A DNA stretch of 63,095 nucleotides, filler included. It is 7 parts of 7 records of this genome, joined end to end, with 100 filler letters (N's around TTAATTAATTAA, not from the genome) between each part and the next. Parts side by side here need not be neighbours in the genome. Positions count along the whole stretch, not along the records: positions 7,126 to 19,110 come from SRR20825010_2451; positions 19,211 to 27,309 come from SRR20825010_2463; positions 27,410 to 30,779 come from SRR20825010_2465; 4 more parts are not named here. One strand, given 5' to 3'. The notes under the pieces were generated by a model that was given only the letters and a program-made list of their open reading frames with translations, searched no databases and was not told the origin of the DNA. Made by a program: the position numbers and the translations under genes. This document shows positions 19,017 to 29,866 of the stretch, one piece after another (position 1 is the first letter of the stretch; each line of letters opens with the position of its first letter).

Positions 19017-19109
19017 TCACCTCTCAGCAATCACCTGATCCAGTTTTGCCTCGATCCGTGTCAGCGATGCCCGCATGGCCTTGGCCTGCTCGTCCAGCCG
19101 CGCGGTGCG
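19017..19109 (-). CDS. 3' end of small GTA hypothetical gene upstream of the protease (partial; not in ORF track)
   Basis: Translates RTARLDEQAKAMRASLTRIEAKLDQVIAER*, coiled coil, same strand as the cluster. Confidence 0.65.
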   Translation of the reverse strand, partial: RTARLDEQAKAMRASLTRIEAKLDQVIAER

Positions 19110-19110
19110 T

Positions 19111-19210
19111 NNNNNNNNNNNNNNNNNNNNNNNNNNNNNNNNNNNNNNNNNNNNTTAATTAATTAANNNNNNNNNNNNNNNNNNNNNNNNNNNNNNNNNN
19201 NNNNNNNNNN
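19111..19210. other. Artificial contig spacer
   Basis: N-run + TTAATTAATTAA + N-run. Confidence 0.99.
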
Positions 19211-19246
19211 ACACCGCTAACATCGTCACTTGTTGTTCACTCGCTA

Positions 19247-19948
19247 CTAAGCAGTCGCGACGGCATCGCGCGCCACGAACCAAGTCGGCGACTCAATCAA
19301 TCGCGACGGGAACAGCGCCGCGGGCAAGTCACTGGCGGAACTGCGAACACTGGCGAGTGCCTGACGCTTGTTTGATCCACCGATCAAGAACCAACGCTGC
19401 CGAGCGGAGTTGATCGCGGGCGCGGTCAGCGTGTAGCGATAGGTTTCCATTTTCGGAACCCAGTTCTCAACGAACCAACGATCGTTCTGCTCGATGGCTT
19501 TCGTCTCCGGGAACAACGACGCCGTGTGCGCGTCATCGCCCATTCCCAACAAAGCCAAATCCCACGTCGGGACATCGGAACCCGCGAACGTTTCCCGCAA
19601 AGTCTTCTCGTAGGCCTCCGCCGTCGCAGCAGGATTGTCCGGATCGACTGGCACCGGAAACGCACGCAGTGACTCCGCTGGCAAATGCGATAGCAACGCT
19701 TCGCGAACCATCCGGTAGTTGCTGTCCAAGTTGTCTTCCGTGACGTTGCGTTCGTCGCCCCAGTAGAACTCAATGTTTTGCCACGGCAACTCTTTCGTCG
19801 CCAGCAATTCGTACAGCCGCTTGGGCGTCGAGCCACCGGACAACGTCACGCGGAACACACCACGCTGCTCAATCGCTTCTTTCGCAGCTTTGCAAAAGGC
19901 GTCCGCGGCGGCGTTGGAAAGCTCATCCAATGATTCAAATACTTGCAC
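19247..19948 (-). CDS. pgl: 6-phosphogluconolactonase
   Basis: LSGGSTP, WGDERNV, SNY, LLGMGDDAHTASLFP. Confidence 0.93.
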   Translation of the reverse strand: MQVFESLDELSNAAADAFCKAAKEAIEQRGVFRVTLSGGSTPKRLYELLATKELPWQNIEFYWGDERNVTEDNLDSNYRMVREALLSHLPAESLRAFPVPVDPDNPAATAEAYEKTLRETFAGSDVPTWDLALLGMGDDAHTASLFPETKAIEQNDRWFVENWVPKMETYRYTLTAPAINSARQRWFLIGGSNKRQALASVRSSASDLPAALFPSRLIESPTWFVARDAVATA

Positions 19949-20011
19949 GTTGCATTCTCAATGATGGGGGGACTAAGACAGATGTCATTCGGTGGCCGAC
20001 GACGCCGTGAA

Positions 20012-20821
20012 TCACTCAAACGATTCGGCATCGCTCGGAAAACTGGCAGCCTTCACTTCATCGCAATACGACTTGGCCGCCTCTCGGATGGTATTGCCAA
20101 CATCGGCAAACAACCGGGTGAACTTTGGGGTGTAACCTGCTGTCAGCCCGAGGATGTCATGGGTCACCAAGACTTGCCCGGATACATCTCGGCCCGCGCC
20201 GATGCCGATCGTTGGAACCTTCACCGCATCCGTGATCGCAGCGGCGGCTTCGCTGGGAACGCATTCAATAAGAACAGTGAACGCCCCCGCAGCTTCAGCG
20301 GCCTTCGCGTCCGCCACCAATCGCTCGATATCACGCTGCAGCCGATAGCCGCCTTCCACGTGAATATTCTGTGGGCGCAGCCCAATGTGGGCCATCACCG
20401 GAATGCCGGCCCCCACCATCGCTTCGATCCGTTCGGCTTGCTCAGCACCGCCTTCCAACTTGACCGCATGGCACTGCGTTTCCTTCAGCACGCGAGCCCC
20501 ACAGCGGACACTGTGAAGCAAATCGAGCTGACCATCCGGGAATGGTAGATCGACCACCACCATCGCGTGTTCCGCGGCTCGCCCCACCATTTCGGCGTGG
20601 TAGATCATTTGATCCATCGTCACCGGAAGGGTCGTCGAGTGCCCCTGCACGACCATTCCCACGGTGTCACCGACCAACAAAACATCAACACCGGCTTCGT
20701 CCAAGATTTTTGCGGTGGGAAAATCGTAGGCGGTCAGCATCGTGATCCGTTCGCCGCGGTCACGCATGCGCTGCAGCGTTCGAGTCGTGATTCGCGATTT
20801 TCTCTTTTCCGATTCCGTCAT
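20012..20821 (-). CDS. panB: 3-methyl-2-oxobutanoate hydroxymethyltransferase
   Basis: MLTAYD, LVGD, VKLEGG, HIGL.PQ, IGIGAG, GQVLV. Confidence 0.96.
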   Translation of the reverse strand: MTESEKRKSRITTRTLQRMRDRGERITMLTAYDFPTAKILDEAGVDVLLVGDTVGMVVQGHSTTLPVTMDQMIYHAEMVGRAAEHAMVVVDLPFPDGQLDLLHSVRCGARVLKETQCHAVKLEGGAEQAERIEAMVGAGIPVMAHIGLRPQNIHVEGGYRLQRDIERLVADAKAAEAAGAFTVLIECVPSEAAAAITDAVKVPTIGIGAGRDVSGQVLVTHDILGLTAGYTPKFTRLFADVGNTIREAAKSYCDEVKAASFPSDAESFE

Positions 20822-20847
20822 TCTGTTCGCTTTTCAGGTGGGGTCGC

Positions 20848-22851
20848 TCACTCAGCGGGAACGCGATGCAGCATCATCAGCCGAATCTCCACGCCTCGAG
20901 TCTCCCCATCCTCGCCCATGATTCTTGGGCAGGTCAATGAGAGGCGTCCTCTGCCTTTGGACAAATCGATTTTGCCGAGCGGCATTTTCTTCCAATCCTT
21001 CTCATCGCTTTCAGCTCTTTTCGAACGGTCCTTGTCCAAGTGAATTGGTCCGGAAGGATTTGATTCCGTCACGACGGAATCGGTTGCCGACTCTGTATCA
21101 CCCTGCTTCCATTCCAAATGCAACTGCGTCCCCATGGCCGACTCGGGGCAAGCATAAAAAACCTCCACATCAAAGCGGCCACCGGCCAGCACATCGACGT
21201 CCCAGGTCATAGCATCCTCGGTTGAATGCCAATGGGTCATGTAACTGCTATTGGGAAACCGGTTGCTACGACGAATCTGACCGGTTGCCTGTGCGTCGCG
21301 AGCGGGAAGCTGAGTCCATGGATGATCGGGATGTCCTACCGGAAAGACCTGCTCTTCCGAATGGCTCCGGTCGCGAGGCTTGGTCTCCTTCACCCAATCC
21401 TCCAACGCTTTTTTCAGCCGAGCCGTTGCGACGGGCTGGTCCTCGGCAACCGACCGTGTCTCACCCGGATCAGCCACGATGTCAAACAAGTCGCCGTTCG
21501 CGTGATAGCGATAACGATTGGATCGAACGCTGAATTTCCCACTCCAAGCGGTGAAGATCAAACGCTCCGCGGGTTTGGATTTCGGCTCACGCAATCCATC
21601 GATCAAGGAGATGCCATCCAGCGGCCCGGCAGTGGCCCCAACCTCAACGTCGCAAAGATCCGCCAAGGTCGGGAACAAATCGATCGCCCCCGCGATTCCG
21701 CCAACCGTTTGACCGGCAGGGATTTTGCTGGGGTAACGAATCAAACAAGGCGATCGCAAACCACCTTCGTGAACAGCGCCTTTGCGGCCTCTCAACCCAC
21801 CGTTGAACCGAGATCCATTGGGACCGTTGTCACAAAAGAACACGACGATCGTATTTTCACTCAGCGAGAGACGCTCCAACGCATCGAGCAATCGTCCTAC
21901 GTTGTCATCGATGTTCTCACAAAGAGCCAGCGCCGCTCGTGTGTGCTGAACGTCTTCTTTCTTTGCGTTCTCCGGCCTCGGATCCGGCACAATCTCTTTG
22001 CCTTCAAACTTTTGCCAATCCTCGTCAGGAACCTGCATCGGCGAGTGAGGTGTGTTCAGCGGCAAATAGATAAAGAAAGGATTTTCGCGATCTCGCTCCA
22101 TGAAGTCGATCGCGTGCTGAGTCAGATCATCCACGATGAATCCGTCGCCCTTCACGATCTCGCCGTTGAGTTCCAGTATTGGCGAAAAGTAGTTGCCCCA
22201 GTGCCCGCTGCAGAAACCGTAGAACTCATCAAACCCACGGGCGTTGGGGTGATACGGAGCCTGCATGCCCGAGTGCCACTTTCCGAACGCAGCGGTCCGA
22301 TAACCGGCCGCTTGAAAAGCGTCGCCAATGGTCCGCTCAGACAAGTCAAATCGCTCACCACCCGCTGAGGTGCTGAACACACCCGATCGTGTGTGATAAC
22401 GACCGGTCAAAAATTCCGCACGAGTCGGCGAGCAAACCGCACACACGTAGAAGTTTTTGATTTGAACTCCATCGCGAGCCAGCGAATCGATGTGTGGCGT
22501 CTGCAGATTGGGATTGCCGTGCAGACTGAGATCCCCCCACCCCTGATCATCCGTCAAAACAACCAACACATTGGGCCGTGAACCGGAGGGACGTGAATCA
22601 GAGTCGGCTCGGCAAGATGTTCCGAAGCCAATCCAGGATGCCAAGAGACACGACCAAACCACAACGTCGCGAGAAACGGAGATAACGCGCACTACTGACC
22701 TTCTATTCCGGGGACCATCAACCACATCCCGCACCAACGGAAAAACCGACACAGTCCTTCCAAGCGGAACGCCAACAGGATAGCTGACCGCATCCGCGGT
22801 GGGGGATTTCGCACTCACGCTCTTCAATTGGCGTGATCTGGTGGCGACCAA
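20848..22851 (-). CDS. FGly-dependent arylsulfatase with C-terminal beta domain (true start probably downstream)
   Basis: PNVLVVLTDDQG, CSPTRA, GKWH, PHSP, DNG. Confidence 0.9.
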   Translation of the reverse strand: MVATRSRQLKSVSAKSPTADAVSYPVGVPLGRTVSVFPLVRDVVDGPRNRRSVVRVISVSRDVVVWSCLLASWIGFGTSCRADSDSRPSGSRPNVLVVLTDDQGWGDLSLHGNPNLQTPHIDSLARDGVQIKNFYVCAVCSPTRAEFLTGRYHTRSGVFSTSAGGERFDLSERTIGDAFQAAGYRTAAFGKWHSGMQAPYHPNARGFDEFYGFCSGHWGNYFSPILELNGEIVKGDGFIVDDLTQHAIDFMERDRENPFFIYLPLNTPHSPMQVPDEDWQKFEGKEIVPDPRPENAKKEDVQHTRAALALCENIDDNVGRLLDALERLSLSENTIVVFFCDNGPNGSRFNGGLRGRKGAVHEGGLRSPCLIRYPSKIPAGQTVGGIAGAIDLFPTLADLCDVEVGATAGPLDGISLIDGLREPKSKPAERLIFTAWSGKFSVRSNRYRYHANGDLFDIVADPGETRSVAEDQPVATARLKKALEDWVKETKPRDRSHSEEQVFPVGHPDHPWTQLPARDAQATGQIRRSNRFPNSSYMTHWHSTEDAMTWDVDVLAGGRFDVEVFYACPESAMGTQLHLEWKQGDTESATDSVVTESNPSGPIHLDKDRSKRAESDEKDWKKMPLGKIDLSKGRGRLSLTCPRIMGEDGETRGVEIRLMMLHRVPAE

Positions 22852-22897
22852 TCACGCCTCGACTATTCTGTGGGTCGATGCAACGAAGGAACGGTCG

Positions 22898-22975
22898 TGA
22901 AATAGGTGTCAGGTACCTTTTTGCCGGAACGGCCTAACGCGTGCTTCACGCAGAGCGTACCTGACACCTATTTCA
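22898..22975. repeat. REP/MITE-like element with 19-bp perfect inverted repeat
   Basis: TGAAATAGGTGTCAGGTAC (22898-22916) / GTACCTGACACCTATTTCA (22957-22975). Confidence 0.8.
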
Positions 22976-23021
22976 GGCTCATTGCGAATCATTGCCTTTT
23001 TCTTATCTCAAAGATCGATCC

Positions 23022-23924
23022 ATGCGAGTTCGAAAAGCGGTCATCACCGCCGCAGCCCCCAATCAAAACACCCTGCCGCTGCAACGCCTGGTCGACGGTT
23101 CGGGCGAGGAAAAAACAGCTCTGCAGTTGATCGTCGAAGAAACGCTCTCGGCAGGCGTGGAAGAGATCTGCGTCGTGATCCAGCCCGGCGATGAGGACAA
23201 TTACCGCAAGGCGGCCGGTGGCTCGCTCGGCAACCTTCAATTCGTCCATCAAGAACGACCGCTCGGGTACGCCGACGCCATCCTGCAAGCGGAATCGTTT
23301 TGCGGGGACGATGCTTTCCTGCATCTTGTCGGCGATCACCTGTATCTGTCTGCCACGTCAAAAACATGCGCGGCACAACTGATCGAGATGGCTGAACAAC
23401 ACTCCTGTCCGGTCTCCGCGGTTCAGTCCACTCGAGAACACCGCTTGCCGTACTTTGGCATTGTCGCCGGAGCCAGCGTGCCTCGATTCGATGGATTGTA
23501 TGACGTGCGAACCGTTGTCGAAAAACCAACGCCCACACTCGCAGAACAATCTTTGATCACGCCAGGTCTGCGGAGCGGCTACTACCTTGGCTACTTTGGC
23601 ATGCATGTCCTGACTCCCGCGGTCATGGAATGCCTGCACGAAGTGGTCGCCGATCAGAGCATGGAACGGCCCTCGCTGTCCGATGCGATGGCAAAACTTC
23701 CTCACCGAGGCAAATACCTTGCCTATCAGCTCCTGGGACGTCGTTACAACATCGGCGAACAGTACGGCGTTCTGATCGCACAATTGGCCATCGGATTGTC
23801 CGGGCGCGATCGAGATTTGTTGTTGACCGAACTGGTCGAACTTCTTGCCACGCGAACGGAACATCCAGTCACGGCAACCATTGATCCACCATCGGAATCG
23901 TCCTCACTGGAAGGATCCAACTGA
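23022..23924 (+). CDS. GalU/GalF-like sugar-phosphate nucleotidyltransferase homolog with degenerate N-terminal motif
   Basis: KAVITAA, Q..PLG..DAI, GD, VEKP; GxGTR absent. Confidence 0.8.
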   Translation: MRVRKAVITAAAPNQNTLPLQRLVDGSGEEKTALQLIVEETLSAGVEEICVVIQPGDEDNYRKAAGGSLGNLQFVHQERPLGYADAILQAESFCGDDAFLHLVGDHLYLSATSKTCAAQLIEMAEQHSCPVSAVQSTREHRLPYFGIVAGASVPRFDGLYDVRTVVEKPTPTLAEQSLITPGLRSGYYLGYFGMHVLTPAVMECLHEVVADQSMERPSLSDAMAKLPHRGKYLAYQLLGRRYNIGEQYGVLIAQLAIGLSGRDRDLLLTELVELLATRTEHPVTATIDPPSESSSLEGSN

Positions 23925-26900
23925 TGCCGGAACTTCGCTCCATGAACTCATTGATCGAAACGATCACCACCGACCAAGCTGACTTGCGTGATCGCTCGCT
24001 CGAATCGTTGCTGGAAGATGTCACGCTATCCGAGTTGCTCGATCATGTCGCCGAACTGGATCGCTTTCGGCGTCAAGAAGACAACTTGTATCAACGTGTG
24101 CGAGCGTTGTTTTTCTTGTCGGCCATCTATCGGTACCACCTTCCACCACGCTTGGATCAATCCAGTTCCGGCAGCATCCCCTTTGAAGGTTACGAACATC
24201 TGCTCGGACGCCGCTTTCAAGAAGCGATCGATGAATTCTTGGAAGTCCAGTCGACCGATGGCGTCAGCGATTCATTGTCTAGCGCTTTGGCGTCGGCGTA
24301 CCACGAATTAGGTTTCCAAACGCTGGCCGATCAAGTTCGCCACAGCGTCCGCACCGTCCGCGGAAACCAATGGATGTTCCGCCTGGGCCACGTCGCCGAA
24401 CATCCACTTCGCATTCGTAAAGAGTTATTGCCAAACAAAGACGCCCCAAATCTTTCGCCGGTTTTGAAAGAAACCACCGCCGTGCGAATGGACGTTTCGC
24501 ACTCGGCATGGAGTGACATCTTCTTTTTGGGAATGGACTATCCCGAAGGTGCTCGTGTCATCAACGTCTCGGTCGACCTCGGTGTTCGCGGTCGGGACGA
24601 CCAGGTTCGACCACCGATTGAAACCTACCTGCGAGTGATCGACAAACCGGTGTTTCGTTTGGTCAGCGTCGACCTCAACGCCAGCGTTGAAGTGACCACC
24701 ATCGCCGAAATGTTTGACTTTGCGAGGGACTACCTTGGATTGCTAAAAGCCGCTGTGATTGCAGCCGGTGTCGTCCCACCAGGGCTGGAAGGTTGCGGCT
24801 CTGACATGGCATCCCTGTTGGAACGAGTCGTCGGTCGCGGCAAAGGATTGGAGTTGGTATCCAAAATCAACGACATCCCCAAAGGTTCTCGCCTGGCAGT
24901 TTCAACCAACTTGCTCGGTTCGCTCATCAGCAACTTGATGCGAGCAACCGGACAGATCCAGTCGCTTCAGGGCGAGCTAACCGAACCCGACCGGCGTTTG
25001 ATTGCGGCACGTGCAATCTTGGGCGAATGGATCGGCGGCAGCGGAGGCGGATGGCAAGATTCGGGCGGTGTATGGCCCGGCATCAAACTCATCTGCGGGC
25101 AAACCGCAGGCGATGAAGATCCCGAATTCGGAATCAGTCGCGGACGCTTGATGCCTGACCATGAAGTCCTCGGCGAAGAACGCGTCAGCGCGGAAGCTCG
25201 ACAAAAGCTGCAAGATTCGTTGGTCGTCGTTCACGGCGGCATGGCACAAAACGTTGGTCCCATCTTGGAGATGGTCACCGAACACTATCTCGTTCGTGGA
25301 CGTGATCAATGGATTGGCCGCCAAGAAGCCATGCGGATCTACGACGAAGTGGTTGACGCACTGCAACAAGGCGACATCCGCCGCCTCGGATCGTGGACCA
25401 CCGAGAACTTCGAAGGCCCGCTACAAACGATCATTCCTTGGGCAACCAACCGGTTCACCGATGTGATGATCCAGCGTTGTCGCGAGCAGTACGGTGATCA
25501 GTTCTGGGGATTCTGGATGTTGGGCGGCATGTCCGGCGGCGGCATGGGATTTATCTTTGATCCGACCATCAAACAAGCCGCACAAGATTGGCTCAGCGAA
25601 GAAATGGTGACGGTCAAGCGCCAACTGGAGACAGCGTTGCCATTCGCCATGGATCCGGTTGTTTACGACTTCCGAATCAATGACCATGGAACCTTCGCGG
25701 AATTGATTCCGCCCCAGTCCGCTGTGCTGCCACAGAAGTATTACGCGTTGATGATGCCCAAATGGCTTCGCAAACCCTTGCGAGATTTATCGCCTCAAAC
25801 CCGCGAAGAATTGGCCGGCATCTCACGGCGTTGCAGCGACCCAAATGATCACGATGCGAACGCTGCATTACTACTTCGAAGCGTTTTGCCGTCGGACGAC
25901 AAAACCGCCAGCTCGCAGAACGATGAATCGCAAACGAGCGACGACTCGCTCGCGGCGATCCTAAAACGAAGCGGCTTTGATCGATCTCAGCACGAGCAGA
26001 TCCGAGCCGACATGCGAGCCGGCAAATTTGGCTTGGCTGCCAACCGACTTTCCCGCGACCTCAAAATCACCGACGTCTCCCAAGAACATGTCACGGATAC
26101 TCGCGACGGCCTAGATGACCGCTTAGCCGACATTGGCTCCGAGGCCATCGCCAAAGGAGAGATCGGGGTCATCACGTTGGCCGCGGGCGTTGGCAGTCGC
26201 TGGACGCAGGGTGCCGGTGTTTGCAAAGCCCTGCATCCGTTCCACCGATTTGCGGGAAAGCATCGAAGCTTCCTCGAAATTCACTTGGCGAAGAACCGTG
26301 CCACGACCGCTCAACACGGCGGTACGATCCCCCACGTCATCACGACCAGTTGGATGACCGACGAAGCCATCCGGACCGTTTTGGAACGCACTCGCAACTA
26401 CGGCCACGATGGTCCCGTGCATGTCTCCAGTGGGCGCAGCGTCGGATTGCGGATGGTCCCTATGGTTCGAGACCTGCACTTCTTGTGGGAAGAAACTGCT
26501 CAACAAGTTCTCGACCAACAACAACAAAAGATGCGTGAAAGCGCCCGATCCGCGATTGCAAACTGGGCGCAGCAAACCGGTGAAGGTTCCGACTACACCG
26601 ACAACGTCGCGGCTCAGTGCGTGCATCCAGTCGGGCACTGGTACGAAGTCCCCAACCTTTTCCGCAATGGTGTGCTCTCGCAGATGCTGCGTGATCAACC
26701 ATCCCTTCGCTACCTGATGTTGCACAACATTGACACGCTGGGTGCTAACGTGGACCCAGCCTTGTTTGGTCTGCACATCGAATCAGGAGCCACGCTCAGC
26801 TACGAAGTCATTCCACGCCGCCTGGAAGATCGCGGCGGAGGGCTCGCTCTGGTTGCCGGTCGCCCGAGACTGGTCGAAGGACTCGCGATGCCTGATGAAC

Positions 26901-27292
26901 GAATCGAGTTTGGGCTGAAGTACTACAACTCAATGACGACTTGGATCGACATCGACGCGCTGCTGGACTCATTTGGGTTGAACCGAGAGTCATTGAACGA
27001 CGCGTCGGCAGTTGACGCGGCAGTCCGCCAAATGGCCGCACGCTTGCCAACCTACATCACCCTCAAAGAAGTCAAGAAACGCTGGGGTCACGCTCAAGAA
27101 GACGTGTTCCCGGTCGCCCAATTTGAAAAATTGTGGGGTGACATGACAACGCTCTCGGACATTGACTGCCGGTTCATCGTGACCCCCATGCGTCGCGGCC
27201 AGCAACTCAAAGAACCCAGCCAGCTTGATGGCTGGAACCGAGACGGAGGCTCCGCCTACGTCGACGACCTCTGCAAGTGGAACGAGTCCTGA
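23924..27292 (+). CDS. Fusion of GHMP (fucokinase-like) kinase and UDPGP-family pyrophosphorylase
   Basis: PKGSRLAVS, GGGWQD, GGMSGGG in the N-half; LAAGVGSRW, PVGH, NIDTLGA, QFEKLWGD in the C-half. Confidence 0.8.
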   Translation: MPELRSMNSLIETITTDQADLRDRSLESLLEDVTLSELLDHVAELDRFRRQEDNLYQRVRALFFLSAIYRYHLPPRLDQSSSGSIPFEGYEHLLGRRFQEAIDEFLEVQSTDGVSDSLSSALASAYHELGFQTLADQVRHSVRTVRGNQWMFRLGHVAEHPLRIRKELLPNKDAPNLSPVLKETTAVRMDVSHSAWSDIFFLGMDYPEGARVINVSVDLGVRGRDDQVRPPIETYLRVIDKPVFRLVSVDLNASVEVTTIAEMFDFARDYLGLLKAAVIAAGVVPPGLEGCGSDMASLLERVVGRGKGLELVSKINDIPKGSRLAVSTNLLGSLISNLMRATGQIQSLQGELTEPDRRLIAARAILGEWIGGSGGGWQDSGGVWPGIKLICGQTAGDEDPEFGISRGRLMPDHEVLGEERVSAEARQKLQDSLVVVHGGMAQNVGPILEMVTEHYLVRGRDQWIGRQEAMRIYDEVVDALQQGDIRRLGSWTTENFEGPLQTIIPWATNRFTDVMIQRCREQYGDQFWGFWMLGGMSGGGMGFIFDPTIKQAAQDWLSEEMVTVKRQLETALPFAMDPVVYDFRINDHGTFAELIPPQSAVLPQKYYALMMPKWLRKPLRDLSPQTREELAGISRRCSDPNDHDANAALLLRSVLPSDDKTASSQNDESQTSDDSLAAILKRSGFDRSQHEQIRADMRAGKFGLAANRLSRDLKITDVSQEHVTDTRDGLDDRLADIGSEAIAKGEIGVITLAAGVGSRWTQGAGVCKALHPFHRFAGKHRSFLEIHLAKNRATTAQHGGTIPHVITTSWMTDEAIRTVLERTRNYGHDGPVHVSSGRSVGLRMVPMVRDLHFLWEETAQQVLDQQQQKMRESARSAIANWAQQTGEGSDYTDNVAAQCVHPVGHWYEVPNLFRNGVLSQMLRDQPSLRYLMLHNIDTLGANVDPALFGLHIESGATLSYEVIPRRLEDRGGGLALVAGRPRLVEGLAMPDERIEFGLKYYNSMTTWIDIDALLDSFGLNRESLNDASAVDAAVRQMAARLPTYITLKEVKKRWGHAQEDVFPVAQFEKLWGDMTTLSDIDCRFIVTPMRRGQQLKEPSQLDGWNRDGGSAYVDDLCKWNES

Positions 27293-27309
27293 GTCCTGAG
27301 TCCTGAGTC
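27284..27309 (+). repeat. Heptamer tandem repeat (GAGTCCT)n, truncated at the contig end
   Basis: GAGTCCT x3 + GAGTC, overlapping the stop codon. Confidence 0.85.
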
Positions 27310-27409
27310 NNNNNNNNNNNNNNNNNNNNNNNNNNNNNNNNNNNNNNNNNNNNTTAATTAATTAANNNNNNNNNNNNNNNNNNNNNNNNNNNNNNNNNNN
27401 NNNNNNNNN
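27310..27409. other. Artificial contig spacer
   Basis: N-run + TTAATTAATTAA + N-run. Confidence 0.99.
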
Positions 27410-28056
27410 TCGTGAGCCATCGGATCGTGTTCCATGATCTCGCCTTTGAACACCCAAACCTTGATACCGCAGATACCATAAGCGGTCAGGGCTTCAGAGA
27501 CACCGTAGTCGATGTCTGCACGCAGGGTGTGCAACGGCACGCGGCCTTCGCGGTACCACTCGGTCCGTGCGATCTCTGCGCCACCAAGACGGCCTGCACA
27601 GTTGATACGGATACCGCCGGCACCGAGACGAATTGCGCTTTGTACCGCGCGCTTCATGGCGCGACGGAACGCAACACGACGCTCAAGCTGCTGTGCGATG
27701 TTGTCAGCGATCAGTTTAGCATCGATTTCCGGCTTACGGACTTCGACAATGTTCAGGCTCACGTCAGACTTCGTAAAGTTTGCAACCTTACGACGGAGCT
27801 TCTCAATGTCGGCGCCTTTTTTACCGATGATCACACCCGGACGAGCCGAGTAAATGGTCACGCGGCATTTTTTGGCCGGACGTTCGATGATCACTTTTGA
27901 AATGCCAGCTTGTGACAGTTCTTTCATCACGAACTTGCGGATATTCAGGTCTTCGTGCAACAGCGTGCCATAGTCATCGCCTTCGGCATACCAGCGCGAG
28001 TCCCAGGTGCGGTTCACACCCAGGCGCAGACCAACGGGACTTACTTTCTGACCCAT
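27410..28056 (-). CDS. rpsC: 30S ribosomal protein S3 (3'-truncated)
   Basis: [35 protein letters not shown]. Confidence 0.98.
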
Positions 28057-28436
28057 TATGCAGTCTCCTCTACTTCGCGCACAACAATGCGCAGACGACT
28101 GAACGGCTTGACGATCTTACCTACACGACCACGAGCACGGGCGCGGAAGCGTTTCATAACGAGCGCCTTACCCACAGTTGCTTCGGCCACGACAAGGCTG
28201 TCGACGTCCAGATTATGGTTGTTTTCTGCGTTTGCGACTGCAGACTGCAGAACTTTCTTCACCTCAATCGCGCTACGGCGGCGGTTGAAGCTCAGGCTAG
28301 CCAGAGCTTTTTCCACTTTCATACCGCGAATGCTAGCAGCCACCAGATTAAGTTTCTGGGGCGAGCCGCGAAGCATCGTAGCGGTTGCTACTGCTTCATT
28401 ATCCGCCAAACGGCGTTTTGCAGATTGCTTACCCAC
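28056..28436 (-). CDS. rplV: 50S ribosomal protein L22
   Basis: [29 protein letters not shown]. Confidence 0.98.
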   Translation of the reverse strand: MGKQSAKRRLADNEAVATATMLRGSPQKLNLVAASIRGMKVEKALASLSFNRRRSAIEVKKVLQSAVANAENNHNLDVDSLVVAEATVGKALVMKRFRARARGRVGKIVKPFSRLRIVVREVEETA

Positions 28437-28438
28437 AG

Positions 28439-28720
28439 TTACTTCCTCTTCGCTTTCTTGTCCGCAGCGTGACCGTAGTAGGTACGTGTCGGAGCGAATT
28501 CACCGAGCTTGTGACCAACCATGTCTTCCGTCACGTAGACAGGAATGAACTTTTGCCCATTGTAGACATTGAAGGTCAGCCCAACGAAATTCGGCAGAAT
28601 GGTCGAACGACGTGACCAAGTCTGGATAATTGCCGAAGTTTTACCGCTTTCCATAGCCGCTTCCACCTTCTTGAGAAGGTGCATGTCAACGAAAGGGCCT
28701 TTCCATACAGAGCGTGCCAT
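28439..28720 (-). CDS. rpsS: 30S ribosomal protein S19
   Basis: [31 protein letters not shown]. Confidence 0.98.
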   Translation of the reverse strand: MARSVWKGPFVDMHLLKKVEAAMESGKTSAIIQTWSRRSTILPNFVGLTFNVYNGQKFIPVYVTEDMVGHKLGEFAPTRTYYGHAADKKAKRK

Positions 28721-28732
28721 ATTCAGGACTCC

Positions 28733-29569
<837 letters not shown>

Positions 29570-29572
29570 CGG

Positions 29573-29866
29573 TTAAACCCCCGTCGTCACGTCAATGCTG
29601 CTGCCTTCGGCAAGTGTTACCATGGCTTTTTTGTATTCGGCACGACGGCCGTTTACACCACGGAAACGCTTTACTTTGCCTTCTTGGCGGAGCGTGTTGA
29701 CTTTCTTCACTTTCACGTCGAAGAGTGCTTCCACAGCCGCTTTAATTTCCGGCTTGGTCGCGTCGATCGCTACTTTGAAGGTTACCTGGTTATTTTCAGA
29801 GCCGAGCGTTGCCTTCTCGGTGATCACTGGGCTCTTGATCACGTCATAATGCTTGATCGCGGTCAT
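29573..29866 (-). CDS. rplW: 50S ribosomal protein L23
   Basis: [26 protein letters not shown]. Confidence 0.98.
   Translation of the reverse strand: MTAIKHYDVIKSPVITEKATLGSENNQVTFKVAIDATKPEIKAAVEALFDVKVKKVNTLRQEGKVKRFRGVNGRRAEYKKAMVTLAEGSSIDVTTGV

Larger units (their letters stand above)
7126..19110 (-). mobile_element. RcGTA-like gene transfer agent head-tail cluster (both ends truncated)
   Basis: Order protease-capsid-adaptor-stopper-DUF3168-tube-gp10-TAC-short TMP-DUF2460-DUF2163-NlpC-megatron; no integrase or replication genes in the contig. Confidence 0.88.

Noticed and set aside
7126-19110. Intact temperate prophage
   Set aside because: Gene order, 213-aa tape measure, GTA-gp10 and megatron match RcGTA-like elements, and no integrase, repressor or replication genes are seen. 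Not fully excluded because both ends are truncated.
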